From assembly GCA_964515785.1 (NCBI GenBank), contig CAZEWH010000002.1, forward strand, positions 94,182 to 158,181: a stretch of DNA of 64,000 nucleotides, given 5' to 3'. A model generated the notes under the pieces. That model was given only the letters and a program-made list of their open reading frames with translations. It did not search any database and was not told the origin of the DNA. Below are positions 37,266-47,506 of this stretch, in pieces. The stretch's first letter is position 1. Every line of letters begins with the position of its first letter. This stretch comes from an uncultured Gammaproteobacteria bacterium (lineage in GTDB: Bacteria > Patescibacteriota > Patescibacteriia > UBA1558 > GWA2-36-10). The translations under genes and the position numbers were made by a program.

Positions 37266-39740
37266 TTATTTGGCGGCTATAATAAATCCAAAATACTGAT
37301 CACGCTCTAATTTATTTGAATACTTAATCAGATGATCTGTAATACTCATCTTAGATTGATCAGAGGCAGTATTCCAAACTATTTTGGTATTATTTGGTAA
37401 TAAAATAGAAGAATTAAAAATAGTACCATGAATACCAGATTGTGAACTAACTAATAAACTATAATTAGCTAAGCTCAAATCTTTTTTATAAATTTCTTGC
37501 CACCAATTATTTACTAATTTATTGCCTAGGTCTAATTTGAATGGTAATTTGTATTTGATAGAAACAGTCTGACTTTCCCCTGGCTTGATCATTATCCAAT
37601 TTGCAAAAACTGTTTTGTCTAAACTAGTATATATTTCAGTTTGAGAAACTCCATCTATTAATTTTGTTTCTTCATGAGCTAAAGTTTCATCCGATTGAGC
37701 CAAATAATCTGTAGTTCTAAAGAATTCTTCTGGCATATCATCAAAACCAATTGCTTCTACAAATTCACTACCCAAGGGGGTATAAATTCGCAAATAACTA
37801 ACATTACCACCGTACAAACCTGCTAATGGATTATCACCATTGTCGTTATTTATCCTAGTAACACGAACAGTATCAAAAATTTCACCGTTAGCATCTATTT
37901 CAACTTGATGATCAATGGTTTGTTGAATTTCATTGTCTGTTTTACCACCTGCTATATTGGTATTGACTACTGCCAAAAAATCTTTGTCATTATTAACCAT
38001 ACTACCAGACCAACCAAAATCATCTATTTTATTTTGTAGATTTATATCTTCCAAATATAGTTGAATATCTTTGCTAGCTAGATTAGCAGCAAAAGTATTG
38101 ATTATTTCTTTTTGTTGATCTTTGAAAGATAACAATTTATCTAAAACAAGGGGTACTAAATCGCTAATTACAGCTTTTGGTTGATTGGTTTCTTTGTCAT
38201 AGTTTATTTCTACTTCTTCTTGTATGACATCAAAGACATTATCAGCTGTAATAGTTATATCGTATTCTTCTAGATAGATTGGACCCAAAATTTTTAATAA
38301 ATCTTGTAATACTTTGGCGTTGATAGCAATCACACCATCGACAGAAGATCCACCGCTATTTTGAAACATATTACTAATTTTTTGAGCCGAAGTAGGAAAA
38401 TCAGGCCACCAATTGGCATCCCAAATATTAAAATGTTGATTAACCAATGATAAAGCTTTTGGAGCTCTATATTTTATAGTCTGACCACTATCTAGATCAT
38501 AAGTACCACCACCAGGTATTTCCAAATCAATAACCTGACCTTGATAAACATCAAATAAAGCATAAGAACCAATAAAACCACCAGTAGCTCTAAGTTCGTT
38601 GTTATTCTGAAATAAAATTAAATATCTTTTTTCTTTGCTATGACCTAAAACTTCCAATAAAACACTAAAAATTTCATTCAGATTTTTAAGATTAGAAACC
38701 GTACTTGGTAAATATAATTTTAGTTTATCTAGGTTTTCTCCTAGATTATTTGGTAACAAATTACTAGAAATATTGTTTAGATCTGTTTGAGCATTTTCTA
38801 AATATGGGATAGTCTGGCTTATTTGTTGATTAATAACAAACAAATTTTCAGTAAGATTATCTTGATCTTGTAAATTTTGATTTAAAATAGTAGCAGCTTC
38901 TGAAATATTGGTAGCGACGTTAAGCATATTTCTACTCAAAGACAAGGGTTTGCCAACTATTGGCATCATAGAAGTAATATCTAACATCCACTGATGGTAT
39001 TCATCAAGTACACCTTGAGCTTGTCTAAAATTTGATAAAGCTTGTTCAAAATCATCCTGTGCTTCATTGTATGAATTTGATGAAGCCGATAAAACTCCAG
39101 CTTGAAGATCTATTAAACCTTGTTGTCCAAATTGCCAAATTTTATCTTTATCTGTGTTAATATTTTGTATAAAAACTAAGCCTCTAATAGGCAATAAAAT
39201 AATAGCTATTACTAAAGCAAAGGCTACTAGACGACTAGCTACATGATTTAGTTTTAATCTTTTCCAATTTATAGAAAAACTTATTTTTTCTTTAGTTTTG
39301 GAATCAGGATAATAATATTCAATATCTTGATCTTCTTTTTTCCCTTTTTTATTGTTTGCTAATATTTGCCAAAAACTGACTGGTTTTTCAAATTTTGTCA
39401 AAATCTTTTTTTCCTTTTTTACAGGTCGACTGACTTGTCGTAAATCTAATAAATGTTCAGAATGTTTGCCTTGTTCTATTACTTCTTCTTTAACAGTAGC
39501 CTTGATACTAGATAAAACTTGACTATAAGATAAATCTTGTTTTATTAATTTATCTAATTCATTAAGAGCAGCTTTTTTAACTTGAGTGTTATCTGTTCTG
39601 GCTTCAAACAAAAATTGATCTAAATCATTGATTAAATCTTTTTTTAGTTCTGCAGTATTTATTTTTTTCTTTCTTGGCATTGAGTATATTATACCAGATT
39701 TTTGTAAACTTCCAAAATTTCTTGAGTTGTTTTTTTCCAA
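37266..39740 (-). CDS. DUF4012-like large membrane-anchored envelope protein
   Basis: N-terminal basic region plus one TM; long extracytoplasmic domain with …ELRATGGFIGSYALFDV…; sits at the head of a glycosyltransferase cluster. An alternative start at 39680 would remove the 52-nt overlap with the next gene. Confidence 0.45.
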   Translation of the reverse strand: MEKNNSRNFGSLQKSGIIYSMPRKKKINTAELKKDLINDLDQFLFEARTDNTQVKKAALNELDKLIKQDLSYSQVLSSIKATVKEEVIEQGKHSEHLLDLRQVSRPVKKEKKILTKFEKPVSFWQILANNKKGKKEDQDIEYYYPDSKTKEKISFSINWKRLKLNHVASRLVAFALVIAIILLPIRGLVFIQNINTDKDKIWQFGQQGLIDLQAGVLSASSNSYNEAQDDFEQALSNFRQAQGVLDEYHQWMLDITSMMPIVGKPLSLSRNMLNVATNISEAATILNQNLQDQDNLTENLFVINQQISQTIPYLENAQTDLNNISSNLLPNNLGENLDKLKLYLPSTVSNLKNLNEIFSVLLEVLGHSKEKRYLILFQNNNELRATGGFIGSYALFDVYQGQVIDLEIPGGGTYDLDSGQTIKYRAPKALSLVNQHFNIWDANWWPDFPTSAQKISNMFQNSGGSSVDGVIAINAKVLQDLLKILGPIYLEEYDITITADNVFDVIQEEVEINYDKETNQPKAVISDLVPLVLDKLLSFKDQQKEIINTFAANLASKDIQLYLEDINLQNKIDDFGWSGSMVNNDKDFLAVVNTNIAGGKTDNEIQQTIDHQVEIDANGEIFDTVRVTRINNDNGDNPLAGLYGGNVSYLRIYTPLGSEFVEAIGFDDMPEEFFRTTDYLAQSDETLAHEETKLIDGVSQTEIYTSLDKTVFANWIMIKPGESQTVSIKYKLPFKLDLGNKLVNNWWQEIYKKDLSLANYSLLVSSQSGIHGTIFNSSILLPNNTKIVWNTASDQSKMSITDHLIKYSNKLERDQYFGFIIAAK

Positions 39741-40804
39741 GAATATCTTTTAATTTGTTCTTGGCCTAGAGTTATTAATTTATTTCTAAGTTCTTGATCA
39801 GAAATTATTATTTCTAATTTTTGTAGCAAATCTGCTTGATTTTTAGGATCAAAATACAAAGCAGCCTCTTCTAATATTTCTGGCAAACAAGATTGATCAC
39901 TAGATAATACTGGCGTATCAAAATGCATAGCTTCTAATGGCGGCAATCCAAATCCCTCATAAAGAGATGGAAAAACATAAGCAGTAGCCTGATTGTAATA
40001 ACTAGCTAATTTATTGTCAGGTACAAAGCCTGCAAATATAATCTTTTCTTGTTTAGGTCCAAGAATTCTCTTGGCATAATCCTCTATTTTATTATAAAAA
40101 TAATTCTGCTTGCCTACTAGTACTAAATAATACTCCGGATGACGTTTTATAAATTCTTTAAAAGCTTTGACTAAAAAGTATAAATTTTTGTGCGGATAAG
40201 CATTACCAACATATAAAATATATTTAGAGGGCAAATTGACTGGAATATTATTTTGTTTAATATCAAAATCTACGCCGTTATAAATAATTTTAATTTTATT
40301 AGCTTGCTTATTATCTAGCTTGAAATAATTAATCAAATCTTGGGCCGTGAACTTGGAAATAGAAATTATATTTTGAGATTTTTGAACAGCATGTTTAATA
40401 ACCAAATTATAAGCTAATCTTTTAATTACAAAAAATAATTTATTAAGCGTACTAGTTTTATAACTAGGGAATCTAGTCATGATTAGATCATGTATCGTTA
40501 CTATAAAAGGTTTATTATAAAATAAGGGAACATTAAAATGCGTAAAATGGACTAAGTCTGGTTTTAGTTTATTTAAAACAAAAGGCAAAATAATCTGTTC
40601 TTTCCAAGAATACCAATGTATATTACAGATTTTTATAGAAAAATTCATTGGTAAGTGTGGTAGATTAGCTGGTTTATTTTTAAATAATAAAATATATTGA
40701 TTATGCTTATCTAGTTCTATCAAATTCTCTAATAATTTTTGATTATAGCGTCCTGGACCACCTGGTTCAGGACCATAAATCCTCATGTCAATGATAATCT
40801 TCAT
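39689..40804 (-). CDS. Glycosyltransferase family 4 (GT-B)
   Basis: EGFGLPPLEAM C-terminal motif. Confidence 0.8.
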   Translation of the reverse strand: MKIIIDMRIYGPEPGGPGRYNQKLLENLIELDKHNQYILLFKNKPANLPHLPMNFSIKICNIHWYSWKEQIILPFVLNKLKPDLVHFTHFNVPLFYNKPFIVTIHDLIMTRFPSYKTSTLNKLFFVIKRLAYNLVIKHAVQKSQNIISISKFTAQDLINYFKLDNKQANKIKIIYNGVDFDIKQNNIPVNLPSKYILYVGNAYPHKNLYFLVKAFKEFIKRHPEYYLVLVGKQNYFYNKIEDYAKRILGPKQEKIIFAGFVPDNKLASYYNQATAYVFPSLYEGFGLPPLEAMHFDTPVLSSDQSCLPEILEEAALYFDPKNQADLLQKLEIIISDQELRNKLITLGQEQIKRYSWKKTTQEILEVYKNLV

Positions 40805-41928
40805 GATTTTTTTGTCATAGTATTAAATAATTCTAAAATCTTTTTTGATTGACTTGGCCAATCTGGAATCTGAAAATTTTGTGATTTATTTTTTAAATAT
40901 TTTTTTGTTTTATCGTCTTTTAATAATAATTTTAAAGTTTGATAAATATCGGCAGTGTTATAAGGATCAACATACAAAGCTTGTTGTTTCATTATTTCTG
41001 GCAATGAAGTTTTGAAACTAGTAATAACTGGTGCACCATGAACAGTAGCTTCTAGTGGCGGAAAACCAAAACCTTCATAATAACTAGGCCATATCAAACC
41101 CTGACTCAAATAATACAAAGCATCTTTTTCTTTGCCAGAAATATAACCAAGATAATGAATATAAGGTCTTTTTTTTATTTTATGAAGCAAATGACGGAAA
41201 ACCCAGCCTTTTTTACCAGCTATCACAAGATCAATATTTGGATATTGTTGATGCAATTTATCAAAAGCTTTTATAATAGCTCCTACATTTTTGCGAGGTT
41301 CAATAGTTCCGACATACAAAAAATATGGATTATAGAGTTGAAATTTAGCTAAAGCTCGTTGAGCATTTGATTCTGTCATTTTATTTATTTCAACACCTGG
41401 ATACAATACTTGAATCTTATCTTCTGCTATAGTAAAAAATCGCATAATATCTCGCTTGGTATTGTGAGAGACAGTAATAATTTTATCAGCTTGAGCTACC
41501 AATTTTTGAATATTTATAAAACGATGCCACAAACGACGTTTTAAAGAATAAAATTCTTCACTATGCAAAAAAGATAAGTCATGAATAGTCAATAAAAAAG
41601 GAATAGCTTTGTCTATTTTATAAAAAATCATATTTGGTAGCCAAAATAAATCAAGTTTGACTGGAAAAAATTTACTCAGATCTTTACCAATATTTAAGAA
41701 AAATTTGAAATTAATAAATTTATTTGCTTGTTTGATATGAACATAGTGAATATTTGCTTGATCAAAATTTAATAAATCATGAGTTTTGTTTTTAAGACCA
41801 GAACTTAATAAATAATATTGATTTATTTTATCATGCTCAGCAATATATTTTAGACAATTATAAATATAGTTACCAATTCCGGTAAGTCGTTTGGAGGATA
41901 AAGCTCTGACGTCAATTCCTATATTCAT
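40801..41928 (-). CDS. Glycosyltransferase family 4 (GT-B)
   Basis: YEGFGFPPLEA motif. Confidence 0.8.
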   Translation of the reverse strand: MNIGIDVRALSSKRLTGIGNYIYNCLKYIAEHDKINQYYLLSSGLKNKTHDLLNFDQANIHYVHIKQANKFINFKFFLNIGKDLSKFFPVKLDLFWLPNMIFYKIDKAIPFLLTIHDLSFLHSEEFYSLKRRLWHRFINIQKLVAQADKIITVSHNTKRDIMRFFTIAEDKIQVLYPGVEINKMTESNAQRALAKFQLYNPYFLYVGTIEPRKNVGAIIKAFDKLHQQYPNIDLVIAGKKGWVFRHLLHKIKKRPYIHYLGYISGKEKDALYYLSQGLIWPSYYEGFGFPPLEATVHGAPVITSFKTSLPEIMKQQALYVDPYNTADIYQTLKLLLKDDKTKKYLKNKSQNFQIPDWPSQSKKILELFNTMTKKS

Positions 41929-43007
41929 AAATTATTTATAAAATCAAATATTTTGTGTTTAAAAACTTCTTCATCAAATTTTTTGGCATGCTGACGAATA
42001 ATTTGTGAATCAAATCGCTGGTCATTAAATCGTAAAATACGATGAGCTAAAGATTCCCAAGTTTGATCATCAAAAAATGTACCAGTCACACCTTCTACTA
42101 CAGTTTCTAAAGCTCCACCGCGTGCCAGAGCAATAACTGGTCTGCCAGAAGCCATAGCTTCTAGAGCAGTAATACCAAAATCCTCTATCTGCGGATAAAT
42201 AAAAGCTCGACAACGTGATAAATATTTATTGCGCTCTTTATCAGATAATTCGCCTAAAAATTCTATATTAGACTTGGCTAGTTTTTTTAGTTTTGTAAAT
42301 TCAGATCCAGTACCGATAATTTTTAAAGGCAATTTAAGATTATTAAAAGCTTTGATAGCTAGATCTACTTTTTTATAAGGACGCAAGCGACTAACTATCA
42401 AAAAATAATCGTCTATTTTTGAACTAATTTGAAAATTATTTACATTAACAGGAGGATAAATTACATCAGCCTCTCTTTTGTAATGTTTTTTTATTTTATT
42501 AGCTATAAAACTAGAATTAGCAATAAAATAATTTACATCTTGAGCTTTATTATAATCCCAAGCTTGTAGTTTATTTAACAACTTTGGTAAGAAAATTTTT
42601 AATATCTTTCCTTCTGGCAAATTGCCAATATATTCTTCTTTATCATCCCAAAGATATCTGGTTGGAGCATGACAATAACAAATATGTTTGGTTTTATTGC
42701 TTTTTTTTAAACCTTTTACAAAAGCGGAAGACGAACTAATTACTATATCAAAATCAGATAAATCAGTATTTTCCCAAGCTTTGGGCATAGATAATAGAAA
42801 ATATCTAAATAATTTAGATATACCAGGAATATTTTGTAATTTAGAAGTTTTTATTATTGATTGATTTAAGATATTTTGAGAAATTTTGGGATTATTTATC
42901 AAAGTAAAAATAGGTGCTTCTTTGTGCATGGAAGATAATACAACCAAGACATTTTCAGCACCACCAATTTGAAATAAATGATCATGGGCTAAAGCTATTT
43001 TTGTCAT
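41925..43007 (-). CDS. Glycosyltransferase family 4 (GT-B)
   Basis: EDFGITALEAMASGRPVIA motif. Confidence 0.8.
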   Translation of the reverse strand: MTKIALAHDHLFQIGGAENVLVVLSSMHKEAPIFTLINNPKISQNILNQSIIKTSKLQNIPGISKLFRYFLLSMPKAWENTDLSDFDIVISSSSAFVKGLKKSNKTKHICYCHAPTRYLWDDKEEYIGNLPEGKILKIFLPKLLNKLQAWDYNKAQDVNYFIANSSFIANKIKKHYKREADVIYPPVNVNNFQISSKIDDYFLIVSRLRPYKKVDLAIKAFNNLKLPLKIIGTGSEFTKLKKLAKSNIEFLGELSDKERNKYLSRCRAFIYPQIEDFGITALEAMASGRPVIALARGGALETVVEGVTGTFFDDQTWESLAHRILRFNDQRFDSQIIRQHAKKFDEEVFKHKIFDFINNL

Positions 43008-43008
43008 A

Positions 43009-44400
43009 CTAATAAGCTGCGTCTTGTTTAAATATTACTTTGATTGTTTTTAAAAAAATTATAAAGTCTAATAACATTGACCAATTTTCTATATAAAATA
43101 TATCTAGCTTTGCTTCTTCTGCAAAAGGTAAGTCAGAACGGCCAGAAACTTGAGCCATGCCAGTAATACCTGGTTTGATGGTCAATAATTTTTTGTAACC
43201 TCTTTGATATTTAGAGACTTCTTCTGGCTCATGAGGTCTGGGTCCCACCAAACTCATCTGTCCTACCAAAACATTAAATAATTGAGGTAATTCGTCTAAG
43301 CTAGTTTGACGTAACCATTTACCGACCCGTGTTACACGTGGATCGTTTTTCATCTTAAATAATGGCCCGTCTGATCTTTCATTATACGCTAACATCTCTT
43401 CTTTTAGTTTATGGGCATCTTTGACCATAGATCGGAATTTGAGAATTTTAAATTTCTTATTTTTATGACCAATTCTATCTAAACTTACAAAAACAGAACC
43501 TTTAGATGTAGACTTTATAATAATAGATATTACTACAAAAAACGGCGATAATAATATCAATAAAATAAAAGCCATAATAAAATCAAAGATTCTTTTATAA
43601 ACTTTATGCCAACCATCCAAAGTTGTACCTTTTATTTCTACAATCGGCAAACCAGCCAAACTAGTAACATTCATATTCAAACTCTGAGCTTGAAATAAAT
43701 TAGCTACATATTGCAGACCAATATGGTTTTCCTGACAAAAAGTCAAAAGATCTAGGGCAGCTTTTTTGTCCAGAGAAGAATCAGTCTGGATAATACTATG
43801 AATTTTTTTGTTATCTAATAATTTTCTAGCTGTTTGTGATTGTTCTAGTTCAGACAAATTTTTGTACTTGGCGATAATTTTATAGCCAAGCTTTGGGTTT
43901 TTTTGATAAGTCTTAGTAATAATTTTTCTATCTTCATCAGAACCAAGTATAATTATATTAGACAAACCCCAATTTTTCTTAAATAAAAAATTACGAATAC
44001 CAAAAAATATCATCCTAATAACTGTTAAATATATAATAGCTAGCCCCCAACCAAAAACAATAATAAAACGTGAAGAAAACAATTCACGTTGCAAAAATAT
44101 AGATAAAATCAAAAAAACTACTACTAATGATACACCAGCAATAATCTTTGGAAATTCTTTGACAATTTTTTTGCTACGGATTATATAAAATCCTAAAAAA
44201 GCAAAAATAACAATTGCCAAAATAGCTACTTTGAATATTAGTCCATAATATTCATAAAGAGGCATTTCATAAAAAACAGGCCGCCATTGGGCCACTATAT
44301 CAGAAAAACGAATATAATAAGCAGTCAAACCAGCCAGCCAAATCAATGCAAAATCAATCGGTACTAGGGCAATATTTATAATAAAATCAGCCTTTTTCAT
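43009..44400 (-). CDS. Undecaprenyl-phosphate sugar phosphotransferase (WbaP/PglC-like bacterial sugar transferase)
   Basis: N-terminal TM bundle plus C-terminal …DGPLFKMKNDPRVTRVGKWLRQTSLDELPQLFNVLVGQMSLVGPRP…. Confidence 0.8.
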   Translation of the reverse strand: MKKADFIINIALVPIDFALIWLAGLTAYYIRFSDIVAQWRPVFYEMPLYEYYGLIFKVAILAIVIFAFLGFYIIRSKKIVKEFPKIIAGVSLVVVFLILSIFLQRELFSSRFIIVFGWGLAIIYLTVIRMIFFGIRNFLFKKNWGLSNIIILGSDEDRKIITKTYQKNPKLGYKIIAKYKNLSELEQSQTARKLLDNKKIHSIIQTDSSLDKKAALDLLTFCQENHIGLQYVANLFQAQSLNMNVTSLAGLPIVEIKGTTLDGWHKVYKRIFDFIMAFILLILLSPFFVVISIIIKSTSKGSVFVSLDRIGHKNKKFKILKFRSMVKDAHKLKEEMLAYNERSDGPLFKMKNDPRVTRVGKWLRQTSLDELPQLFNVLVGQMSLVGPRPHEPEEVSKYQRGYKKLLTIKPGITGMAQVSGRSDLPFAEEAKLDIFYIENWSMLLDFIIFLKTIKVIFKQDAAY

Positions 44401-44461
44401 AGTACTATTATATTATCACTAGTATTAGCTTTAGTAAACAGCTATTTAAGCAATAAAAAAA

Positions 44462-44834
44462 GGCTTAAATGACCTAATAAGCCGAATCCTGTCTCCCGCC
44501 AAAGGCGGGATGATGATTATCTATCTAGGTCCAGTATCGCTACTAGACTCAAACGGCCTACCCAGCAGCATACGCTACTCTATTTAGCCTTTCACCAGGT
44601 AGAAGTTTACCTCTTCTGAACTGTTACCAGATCAGCGTGTCAGCTAATTATCTGACATTTTCACCCTTATCCTCCAAAGCTTTACGCAAAGGGGGAAGGA
44701 ATATTTTCTGTTGCACTTGTCCTAATCTTATATCACTACAAGACTGGTTGGCGTTACCAATTACCTTTTTTATGGTGTTCGGACTTTCCTCTCTCCCACA
44801 AAAGTGGGACAGCAATCATCTTGGTCATTTAAAC
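44462..44834 (-). ncRNA. rnpB: RNase P RNA, bacterial type A
   Basis: The reverse complement contains GAGAGGAAAGUCCGAAC (P4 5'), GGUAACGCC...AGUGCAACAGAAA, GGAUAAGGGUGAAA, CUGGUAACAGUUCAGAAGAGGUAAACUUCUACCUGGUGAAAGGCUAAAUAGAG and ACAGGAUUCGGCUUAUUAGG (P4 3'). P1 pairs GGUUUAAAUGACC with GGUCAUUUAAGCC. The region is GC-rich. Confidence 0.85.
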
Positions 44835-44885
44835 CTTATTATATTATATACCATATTTTGATATATTTGTCAATGAAGGATTAAA

Positions 44886-45989
44886 TTACTCTTCAAGCAT
44901 ATAATCTAGAGTTTCTTTGGCACATTTTTCCCAAGAAAATTTCTTGGCTTGTTCTATGCCTTTTTGAGACAATTCTTGTCTAAGTTCTGGACTATCTATT
45001 AGCTTTTGTAACTGACTGGCTATATCACGAGGATTATTTGGATCAAAGAAAAGTGCAGCCCTGCCCCCTACTTCATGCAAAACTGGCAAATCAGAACAAG
45101 CAACTGGCACACCAGATCCCATAGCTTCTAAAACTGTAATACCAAAACCTTCAAACTTGGTTGGAAAAGCATAAATATTGGCAGCAGCAACAAGTGAAGT
45201 ATAATATTTTTGACTAACATAACTAAGCAAGATAACTCTGTCTTTTATTTCTGGATCTTCAGCTAAAGCTTCAATTTCTTTGTAGCCATAATTTCCCATT
45301 CGTCCAGCCAAGACCAAAGACCAATCGGTATTTAATAATTTGAAAGCTTTTATCAAAGACTGAATATTTTTTTTAGATTCTAGGCGACCAGTATATAAAA
45401 TAAAATTTTCTGGTAAATCAAATTTATATAATATTTTATCTTTGTTATTTTTATTACCTGGTACAAAATCTTGTGCATTCCAACCATCATAGATAATTTT
45501 TATTTTATCTTTAGCCTTGGGAAAATATTTTATAATATCTTTTTTAGTAGCTAAAGATATAGCAATAATTTTATCAGCTCGTCTAACAGCTAGTTTGTGA
45601 GAAATATTTTGATAAATTCTTTCTAAAGGATGATAAAGTTGTGGATTTACATAAAAACCCAAATCATGGATAGTGACCACTACTTTACCTTTTTTCATCA
45701 GAGCAGGTACAGCATTGGTTGCCAAAAATATATCTACAGGATTTTTACGAAGTTCTTTACTTAATCTGATGTGCGTCCAAAATTTACGAAAAGGCCACTT
45801 CAGTTGTTTAAAATAAAAATTAGCTGGTCCTTCAGCCAATTCTGGGTCTAGTGCTTGATTATAATAAACTATATATTTATTTTGTCTATCTATTTTTTTG
45901 AGTTGCTGTAATATATGCCAAGCATACCATTCGGTACCAGTCCGCATGTTTTTATTGGCCCTTGTAGCTTCCAAACCAATAGTTAACAT
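44886..45989 (-). CDS. Glycosyltransferase family 4/1 (GT-B)
   Basis: EGFGITVLEAMGSGVPVACSD motif. Confidence 0.75.
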   Translation of the reverse strand: MLTIGLEATRANKNMRTGTEWYAWHILQQLKKIDRQNKYIVYYNQALDPELAEGPANFYFKQLKWPFRKFWTHIRLSKELRKNPVDIFLATNAVPALMKKGKVVVTIHDLGFYVNPQLYHPLERIYQNISHKLAVRRADKIIAISLATKKDIIKYFPKAKDKIKIIYDGWNAQDFVPGNKNNKDKILYKFDLPENFILYTGRLESKKNIQSLIKAFKLLNTDWSLVLAGRMGNYGYKEIEALAEDPEIKDRVILLSYVSQKYYTSLVAAANIYAFPTKFEGFGITVLEAMGSGVPVACSDLPVLHEVGGRAALFFDPNNPRDIASQLQKLIDSPELRQELSQKGIEQAKKFSWEKCAKETLDYMLEE

Positions 45990-45996
45990 AAACTTT

Positions 45997-47010
45997 TTAT
46001 TTAGCGGATAAAATACTTCTTTTATAAGATTCTAGATTTTCTAAGGCAATGCCTGTTCCACGAGCTACACAAAGCAAAGAATCATCAGCAAGATAAGCTG
46101 GCACACCAGTGGCTTGAGCCAATAATTTGTCCATATTACGCAATAAAGCTGTTCCTCCAGACAAAACCATGCCTTTGTCCATAATATCAGCTGAAAGCTC
46201 TGGTGGAGTCTGATAAAGCACAGATTTGACTGCTGAAATTAAGCCCTGTAATTCATTTTGTAGAGCTTCTGTTATATCATCAGAATTAACAGTAATAGTC
46301 CGTGGCAAACCAGAAATCATATCACGTCCTTTGATATCCATAGTTAATTTTTCATCTTTAGGTAAAAACTGAGCTGAACCAATCTTTATTTTAATATCTT
46401 CAGCAGTTCTTTCGCCAATGGCTAGGTTATATTTTTTCTTGATGTGTTCACCGATTGCAGCATCATATTTGTTACCGCCTATACGGACAGAAGTATTGGC
46501 TACAATGCCTCCCAAAGAAATCACAGCGATTTCAGAAGTTCCACCGCCCATATCAACAATCATATGTCCAGAAGCTGAACCAATCGGAATATCAGATCCA
46601 ATCGCCGCAGCAATTGGTTCTTTTATAATATAAGCAGCTTTGGCACCAGCATTAAGCGTTGCATCAATCACGGCTCGTCTTTCTGTAGAAGTAATACCAG
46701 CTGGCACTGCAATCATTACTTCAGGGCGAAACACTTTCATACCACCTACTGCTTTATTGATAAAATATTTAAGCATGCTTTCAGTGGTTTTATAATCAGC
46801 AATTACACCACTTTTGAGAGGACGAGAAGCAATAATTTCATCAGGAGTACGACCAATCATTTCTTTAGCTTCATCACCTACTGCCAAAACCTTTTTATCC
46901 AAAATAGAAATAGCTACCACTGATGGCTCATTTATAACAATACCCCGCTTGGGGATATAGACTAAAGTATAAGTTGTCCCTAGATCAATACCGATCTTTT
47001 TTATAAACAT
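45997..47010 (-). CDS. mreB: Rod shape-determining protein MreB (copy 1)
   Basis: IGIDLGTTYTLVY...; actin-fold phosphate motifs; 337 aa. Confidence 0.9.
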   Translation of the reverse strand: MFIKKIGIDLGTTYTLVYIPKRGIVINEPSVVAISILDKKVLAVGDEAKEMIGRTPDEIIASRPLKSGVIADYKTTESMLKYFINKAVGGMKVFRPEVMIAVPAGITSTERRAVIDATLNAGAKAAYIIKEPIAAAIGSDIPIGSASGHMIVDMGGGTSEIAVISLGGIVANTSVRIGGNKYDAAIGEHIKKKYNLAIGERTAEDIKIKIGSAQFLPKDEKLTMDIKGRDMISGLPRTITVNSDDITEALQNELQGLISAVKSVLYQTPPELSADIMDKGMVLSGGTALLRNMDKLLAQATGVPAYLADDSLLCVARGTGIALENLESYKRSILSAK

Positions 47011-47011
47011 T

Positions 47012-47470
47012 CTAAGAAATTTTTATTATTTTATAAGTAACTTTAGCACTAGGCAAATCAACTTCAAATTTTTCATTGATTTTTCTATTGAGCATAGCTT
47101 GCCCCAAAGGAGATTCCAAAGAAATTTTACCATTTACTGGATCTGCTTCTGTACTACCAACAATAGTAAAATGTAATTCTTTACCATCCTTATCTACTGT
47201 TACTTGGCTACCAACTTGTACTGTATCATTATCAGCACTTTGTTCAGCTACAACAGCTGTTTTGACCATATGTTCTAATTCTATAATACGTCCCTCAATA
47301 AAAGCCTGTTCTTCTTTGGCTTCTTGATATTCTGCATTTTCTGACAAATCACCAAACTCTTTAGCTGACTTGATACGATCAGCAACTTGCTTACGTCTTG
47401 TGGTTTGTAAATGCTCTAACTCTTCTTTGAGTTTAGTTAAGCCTTGAGCTGTAAATACTTTTTTTTCCAT
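47012..47470 (-). CDS. greA: Transcription elongation factor GreA
   Basis: …GDLSENAEYQEAKEEQAFIEGRIIELE… and C-terminal FKBP-like domain. Confidence 0.9.
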   Translation of the reverse strand: MEKKVFTAQGLTKLKEELEHLQTTRRKQVADRIKSAKEFGDLSENAEYQEAKEEQAFIEGRIIELEHMVKTAVVAEQSADNDTVQVGSQVTVDKDGKELHFTIVGSTEADPVNGKISLESPLGQAMLNRKINEKFEVDLPSAKVTYKIIKIS

Positions 47471-47506
47471 ATTTATTTTGATTTATTTAAATTATATGTT
47501 AACAAA

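Noticed and set aside
44637-44861. 74-aa + strand ORF from the six-frame track
   Set aside because: It lies entirely inside the RNase P RNA gene (opposite strand) and has no RBS; it is an artefact of GC-rich structured RNA.
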